This document shows, in pieces, positions 48,192 to 52,815 of a stretch of 52,815 bases of DNA. The first letter of the stretch is position 1; every line of letters begins with the position of its first letter. A model generated the notes under the pieces. It was not told where the DNA came from and did no database searches. It was given only the letters and a program-made list of their open reading frames with translations. The stretch is taken from contig CAYNGH010000005.1 of assembly GCA_964396845.1 (NCBI GenBank), forward strand, positions 1 to 52,815. Reading direction: 5' to 3'. The position numbers and the translations under genes are program-made. The stretch comes from an uncultured bacterium. Its GTDB lineage: Bacteria; Vulcanimicrobiota; JAJTBE01; CAYNGH01.

Positions 48192-49871
48192 TCAACTGTC
48201 GATGGTTGTAAAGCTGATTACCTCCTCAAGACTGGTAATCCCCAAAAAGAATTTATCCATAAGGCTCTTTTTCAGGGAAACAAATCCATCGGCTTCAGCC
48301 ATTTCCCTGATTTTTTCTGCGGTGACTCCTTCCCGATTGAGTCGGCGCATGGCAGGGGTAATCTCGATGAGTTCAACAATGGCTTCTCTTCCCCGATACC
48401 CCAGGTTGGAACAGGCATTGCACCCCACCGGCTCAAAAAGCGTTGCATTTCGGGGAATCCCATCAGACCCCAGAAAGCTCAAATCACTGTCGCTATAGCT
48501 GGCCTGTTTCTTGCACCTGGGACACAGCTTCCTGACCAGACGCTGTGCCAGGACACCGTTGAGGGAAGTGAGCACCAGATATGGCGCAATCCCCATATCA
48601 ATAAGGCGTGTAACTGCAGTAGAGGCATCATTGGTATGCAGGGTGGAAAAGACAAGATGTCCTGTGAGAGATGATCTGACTGCAATTTCCGCAGTTTCAA
48701 GATCCCGAATCTCCCCCACCATGATTACATCGGGATCGTGCCTCAGGATGGCCCGCAACCCTGCAGCGAAGGTGAAACCGATGGCAGAATGAACCTGAAT
48801 CTGAGATACTCCCACCAACTGATACTCCACCGGGTCTTCGATGGTTATGAGCTTTCGTTTTGATGACTTGATGGACTTGAGGGTCGCATAAAGGGTTGTG
48901 GACTTGCCGGAACCTGTAGGCCCTGTCACCAGAAAAATCCCGAAAGGCCGGCTTACAATCCGGCGATAATCTTTTAGCATATCAGAAGAGAAACCCAGGT
49001 CATCAAGCTCCTGTCCCCGACTCTGGGTATCCAGAACCCGAATAACAACACCTTCGCCGTGAATATTCGGAATGACGGAAACCCGCAGGTCAAATTTTCT
49101 CCCATCCACCACAAATGAAGTCCGCCCATCCTGGGGCAGTCGCTTTTCTGCCACATCCATTTCAGAAATAATCTTGATACGGGTCACCACAGAACGTATC
49201 AGATGGAACGGCGGAGGAGGGAACTCGTGGAGAACCCCGTCCACCCGGTATCGCAGGATGGCCCTGTTCTCATAGGGTTCAATATGAATATCGCTGGCGT
49301 TCATATTGATTCCCTGGGAAATCAGATAATTGACCAGCTTGATAGCTGGGGCTTCCTGATCCTGAAGATGAATATCCTCTTCTTTTTCTTTTTTTCCCCT
49401 GCGGGTTCCCGTTTTCTTCTGATCTGCGAAGGTATCCATCTTCTGGGCAACCTGCTCCTGGGAGAGAAAGAAACGGTTAATGCCTGCCTCAATATCGGGC
49501 CTGGTGGCAAGAACCGGTTCGATGGACAATCCTGTAAGATGTCTTAGATAATCAAGGGTTCCCAGATTGTCCTGATCCCACAGGGCGCAGTATAGTCGAT
49601 CTTCAATGCGGAACAGGGGCATTATCATAAAACGGCGGGCCACTTCTTCGCTGATCAGGGACAGGGTTTCCACATCGGGATGATAATGTTCAAGCTCAAC
49701 AAAGGGGATTCGCCACAGGGCTGACAGCTTCATCAAAAGCTGTCGGGAATCCAGAAGGTTCTCCTCTAACAGGAAATCAACGGGGTCCTGCCCTTCCCTT
49801 TTTTTGGCTACAACCTTCTCAAAGTCTTCCTGATCCAGCATGTCCTTGAGAAGTTCCAGAGAAACTGCCAT
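48192..49871 (-). CDS. pilB: Type IV pilus/T2SS assembly ATPase PilB/GspE
   Basis: ASDIHIEP, RLPQDG, GPTGSGKST, TIEDPVE, LRHDPD..MVGEIRD, TGHLV.STLH, and CPRC/CNAC. Confidence 0.92.
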   Translation of the reverse strand: MAVSLELLKDMLDQEDFEKVVAKKREGQDPVDFLLEENLLDSRQLLMKLSALWRIPFVELEHYHPDVETLSLISEEVARRFMIMPLFRIEDRLYCALWDQDNLGTLDYLRHLTGLSIEPVLATRPDIEAGINRFFLSQEQVAQKMDTFADQKKTGTRRGKKEKEEDIHLQDQEAPAIKLVNYLISQGINMNASDIHIEPYENRAILRYRVDGVLHEFPPPPFHLIRSVVTRIKIISEMDVAEKRLPQDGRTSFVVDGRKFDLRVSVIPNIHGEGVVIRVLDTQSRGQELDDLGFSSDMLKDYRRIVSRPFGIFLVTGPTGSGKSTTLYATLKSIKSSKRKLITIEDPVEYQLVGVSQIQVHSAIGFTFAAGLRAILRHDPDVIMVGEIRDLETAEIAVRSSLTGHLVFSTLHTNDASTAVTRLIDMGIAPYLVLTSLNGVLAQRLVRKLCPRCKKQASYSDSDLSFLGSDGIPRNATLFEPVGCNACSNLGYRGREAIVELIEITPAMRRLNREGVTAEKIREMAEADGFVSLKKSLMDKFFLGITSLEEVISFTTIDS

Positions 49872-49910
49872 TTTTCAAACTCCCCTCCCGTTGTGGGTTC
49901 ACAGTATTAT

Positions 49911-50996
49911 TCACCGCAGGGTAAGACCCACGGCAATTTTGTAAAGACAAGGCTCCTGTTTTATGTTCCTGTTTATCTTTCTGATTTTAGACCATGAGTC
50001 GATTTCAACAGGCACTCCCATCTTTTCCTCCAGGATCCGATCCAGGTTCATCATCCGGCTGTTTCCACCGGAAAAATAAATCCGGGAGAGAGGCTCCGTC
50101 ACCTGGGGAAAACTGGATTTAAAATAGCTCCATGATTTGTGAATCTCATCAAGCCACCTCACGATGAAAGGCTCCAGAGTGGCATCCCTTTTAATTGCAT
50201 CGTAGCTGATCTTGTATTCCTCGGCCTCGTCCCAGGAAGACTGAAAAGCCATCTGAAATGCATAAGTAAAATCACCTCCGGCAATGTTGAATTCCCTCGA
50301 ATAATATGGATAGCCATTTATCAGCACAGCAACAAGGGTCAGGCGAAACCCGCTGTGAACCAGCATCACCGGAGCATCTCCCGCGTCTGGGTGATTCCAG
50401 CGAAACTCCCGGACAAGAGGAAGTATCGGGGTTTCCAGGCTTTTCACCTTGAAACCGCAATCCGTTATTAAATTGATATACTCTTCCAGGCTGTCCTGAT
50501 GGGCAGCCGCCGCAAATACCGCAGTCTTGTTTTTTTTATCACCCAAGGGAGGTACCAAGAGAAAGTCCAGCTTTATCTTCTCTGCTGGGAAGGGGATATT
50601 TTTCATGGCTTTGGCTTCTACTGCCAGGGGAATTTCCTTTTTGCTCAGAGCTGGAAACTCAAGATACTGATTCACTGTCCCTTCCCCCTGTATCGATGAA
50701 CAGATTTCCAGTGGATTCCCGGCATATTTCTTCATCAGTCCCCGGGAAAGCTCTCTGAACTTGTCCCTTAGTTCATTCTTGTGGATCTTTTCATTCCGGG
50801 AGGTTCTTTCAGGCACCAGCCTGGTGTGAAGAAGACCGGCAATGCGATTGGTGCCTTTTTCCACCATAGCACACTTGAGATTTTCAGTGCCAAGATCAAA
50901 CCCCATCTCAACATGACGAAGGGTAATGGATCGTTCCAGGTAATTCTCACTGAAATTTTCAACGAAACTGTTGAGTTGACTTAAAAGATTCTTCAA
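49911..50996 (-). CDS. pilM: Type IV pilus assembly protein PilM (actin-like fold); start uncertain
   Basis: GFDLG...K, IPFP, GGDFT, AEEYK, SGG.S and AVGL.LR. Confidence 0.8.
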   Translation of the reverse strand: MKNLLSQLNSFVENFSENYLERSITLRHVEMGFDLGTENLKCAMVEKGTNRIAGLLHTRLVPERTSRNEKIHKNELRDKFRELSRGLMKKYAGNPLEICSSIQGEGTVNQYLEFPALSKKEIPLAVEAKAMKNIPFPAEKIKLDFLLVPPLGDKKNKTAVFAAAAHQDSLEEYINLITDCGFKVKSLETPILPLVREFRWNHPDAGDAPVMLVHSGFRLTLVAVLINGYPYYSREFNIAGGDFTYAFQMAFQSSWDEAEEYKISYDAIKRDATLEPFIVRWLDEIHKSWSYFKSSFPQVTEPLSRIYFSGGNSRMMNLDRILEEKMGVPVEIDSWSKIRKINRNIKQEPCLYKIAVGLTLR

Positions 50997-51231
50997 CCAT
51001 TTCACTTCCCTTAAATATGAAAAACAATTTACTTCGTTTACTTGCCCCAAAGAGGCCAGATTCAATTTCGAGAAAAAAACTCCGGATCCTGTAATCTTTT
51101 TCCCTGTCAAGTATCAACCGGCAGATTACCTCTCCCGAGGAGATGACCGCGAACCATTAGGAGGACATTATTGTTATTTATCAGGAATAATGAAATATAC
51201 TACTTCTGACTTCAGGAGGATAACGACCCCA

Positions 51232-52779
51232 ATGGAAACTGTGATGCCCTTCAACCCTGTCAGGGAGGAGTTCTGCCGGGAAAGCAGGCCCGACGACTGC
51301 GTAATAGTCATATTCGGCGCATCGGGGGATCTGACCCGGAGAAAACTCATCCCTGCTCTTTTCAGCCTTTTCCGGCGAGGATTGATGCCCCGCAGATTTT
51401 ACATCATCGGTTCTGCCCGCACTGTCCTGGGAGATGAATCATTCCGGGAGATCCAGAGAGAATCTATGAACAAGCCCTCCTGGGATCAGAATCCCCAGAT
51501 GCTGCAGGATTTCCTGGCCCACCTGTATTATGTGCCGGGGGAATATGACAACCCCATGCTGTACCAGGCTCTCTCCCAAAGGATCAGGGAAATTCAAGGG
51601 GAGTCAACCCCCATTGACAACCATATCTACTATCTCTCCACCCCTCCTGCAGTCTATTGCACCATCATAACCCATCTTTCGGAATCGGGGCTTACCGATG
51701 AAGAAGATCGGGAATGCACCTGTTCCAGGGTTGTCATCGAAAAGCCCTTCGGCAGTGACCTTGCCAGCGCGGATTCTCTCAACCGCCGGCTTCTGACAAA
51801 ACTTCACGAGAAACAGATATACCGGATTGATCATTACCTGGGCAAGGAAACAGTGCAGAACATACTTATGTTCCGTTTCGCCAATGCCATATTCGAGCCG
51901 GTTTGGGACCGCCGTTACATCGACAATGTCCAGATAACCGCTGCTGAACATCTGGGCATTGAACATCGGGGAGGCTATTTTGAACAGGCGGGACTTCTCC
52001 GGGACATGTTCCAGAACCATATGCTTCAGTTGCTGTCCCTGGTGGCCATGGAACCCCCCACCTCTTTTTTCGGCGAGAGAATCCGGGATGAAAAAGTGAA
52101 ATTGCTCCGATCAATAAAACCCTTTGCTGTATATGACCTGAACCGGTGGGTAATCCGTGGACAATACGGGGCAGGCTCTGTTGATGGATTCCCCGTTATC
52201 CCGTATCAGGAAGAAAAAAAAGTTTCCCCGGATTCGACAATGGAAACCTTTGTGGCCATGAAGATTCTTATCGACAACTGGCGATGGCAGGGAGTCCCTT
52301 TTTATCTCCGCTCAGGAAAAAGGCTTCCCCGGAAAGTCACCCAGATTGCCATAACCTTCAAACAGGTGCCCCACTCCATGTTCACACCGCTTTCCCCGGG
52401 GGATTTGCATCGAAATGTTCTGGTTCTGGATGTTCAGCCCAGTGAAGGGGTATCCCTGACCATACAGGCCAAGCAACCGGGAGCCAAGATGTGCATGAGT
52501 TCCCTGACCATGGATTTTAAATATCGGAATGTATTCCCCGTGGCTATTCCCGATGCCTATGAAAGACTTCTGCTGGATGTCATGCTGGGGGATCAGTCCC
52601 TGTTCATCCGTGAAGATGGAATGCACCAGGCCTGGCAACTGATAACCCCCATTCTTGATGCATGGCATGGAAGCGATGCGGAATTGTATCCCCTGCATCC
52701 CTATGAGGCCGGATCCTGGGGGCCTGCAGAATCAGAGAACCTTCTGGGCCGGGATCAGCGCTCCTGGAGAATACCATAA
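51232..52779 (+). CDS. zwf: Glucose-6-phosphate 1-dehydrogenase
   Basis: GASGDL, EKPFG, RIDHYLGKE, DMFQNH and RWQGVPFYLRSGK. AGGAGG RBS before ATG 51232. Confidence 0.96.
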   Translation: METVMPFNPVREEFCRESRPDDCVIVIFGASGDLTRRKLIPALFSLFRRGLMPRRFYIIGSARTVLGDESFREIQRESMNKPSWDQNPQMLQDFLAHLYYVPGEYDNPMLYQALSQRIREIQGESTPIDNHIYYLSTPPAVYCTIITHLSESGLTDEEDRECTCSRVVIEKPFGSDLASADSLNRRLLTKLHEKQIYRIDHYLGKETVQNILMFRFANAIFEPVWDRRYIDNVQITAAEHLGIEHRGGYFEQAGLLRDMFQNHMLQLLSLVAMEPPTSFFGERIRDEKVKLLRSIKPFAVYDLNRWVIRGQYGAGSVDGFPVIPYQEEKKVSPDSTMETFVAMKILIDNWRWQGVPFYLRSGKRLPRKVTQIAITFKQVPHSMFTPLSPGDLHRNVLVLDVQPSEGVSLTIQAKQPGAKMCMSSLTMDFKYRNVFPVAIPDAYERLLLDVMLGDQSLFIREDGMHQAWQLITPILDAWHGSDAELYPLHPYEAGSWGPAESENLLGRDQRSWRIP

Positions 52780-52791
52780 GGAGATGTTTTG

Positions 52792-52815
52792 ATGGACAAT
52801 AAATTCAGGTGTTTT
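52792..52815 (+). CDS. Start of the next gene (MDNKFRCF...), truncated; possibly a pentose-phosphate gene
   Basis: AAGGAG RBS immediately after the zwf stop. Product guessed from synteny only. Confidence 0.4.

Noticed and set aside
1-52815. tRNA/rRNA genes, CRISPR arrays, IS elements, prophage or defence genes
   Set aside because: None was recognised. Intergenic gaps are short, and the AddAB pair looks like housekeeping repair rather than a defence nuclease-helicase. Structured RNAs cannot be excluded without an Infernal/Rfam scan.

Overview
This is a gene-dense bacterial chromosome segment of about 50% GC with roughly 40 CDS. I saw no rRNA, tRNA, CRISPR array or mobile element. Housekeeping genes (purB, addAB, efp, rplI, dnaB, dapL-like, tatD, zwf, pilM/pilB/pilC-like) are interspersed with several unusual elements. 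(1) An MFS exporter, radical SAM/SPASM enzyme and M16 peptidase form an operon with RiPP architecture. The rSAM resembles splicease-type enzymes, and 1.45 kb upstream lies an unannotated 26-aa peptide gene with its own near-consensus promoter, RBS and terminator. (2) A full-length MetRS homolog at the metG-tatD locus has lost both HIGH and KMSKS motifs but keeps the anticodon-binding residues. (3) An orphan SCIFF/ranthipeptide precursor follows rplI-dnaB. (4) A BtaA, phytol kinase-like, formyltransferase, OleC-like, UbiA-like, B12-rSAM gene run suggests an unknown lipid pathway. (5) dprA is frameshifted. (6) Several signalling proteins have odd architectures: REC-4xPAS without output, a duplicated TM-HD-GYP coupled to addBA, and a double degenerate GGDEF. 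All family calls are from motif recognition by eye; no searches were run.
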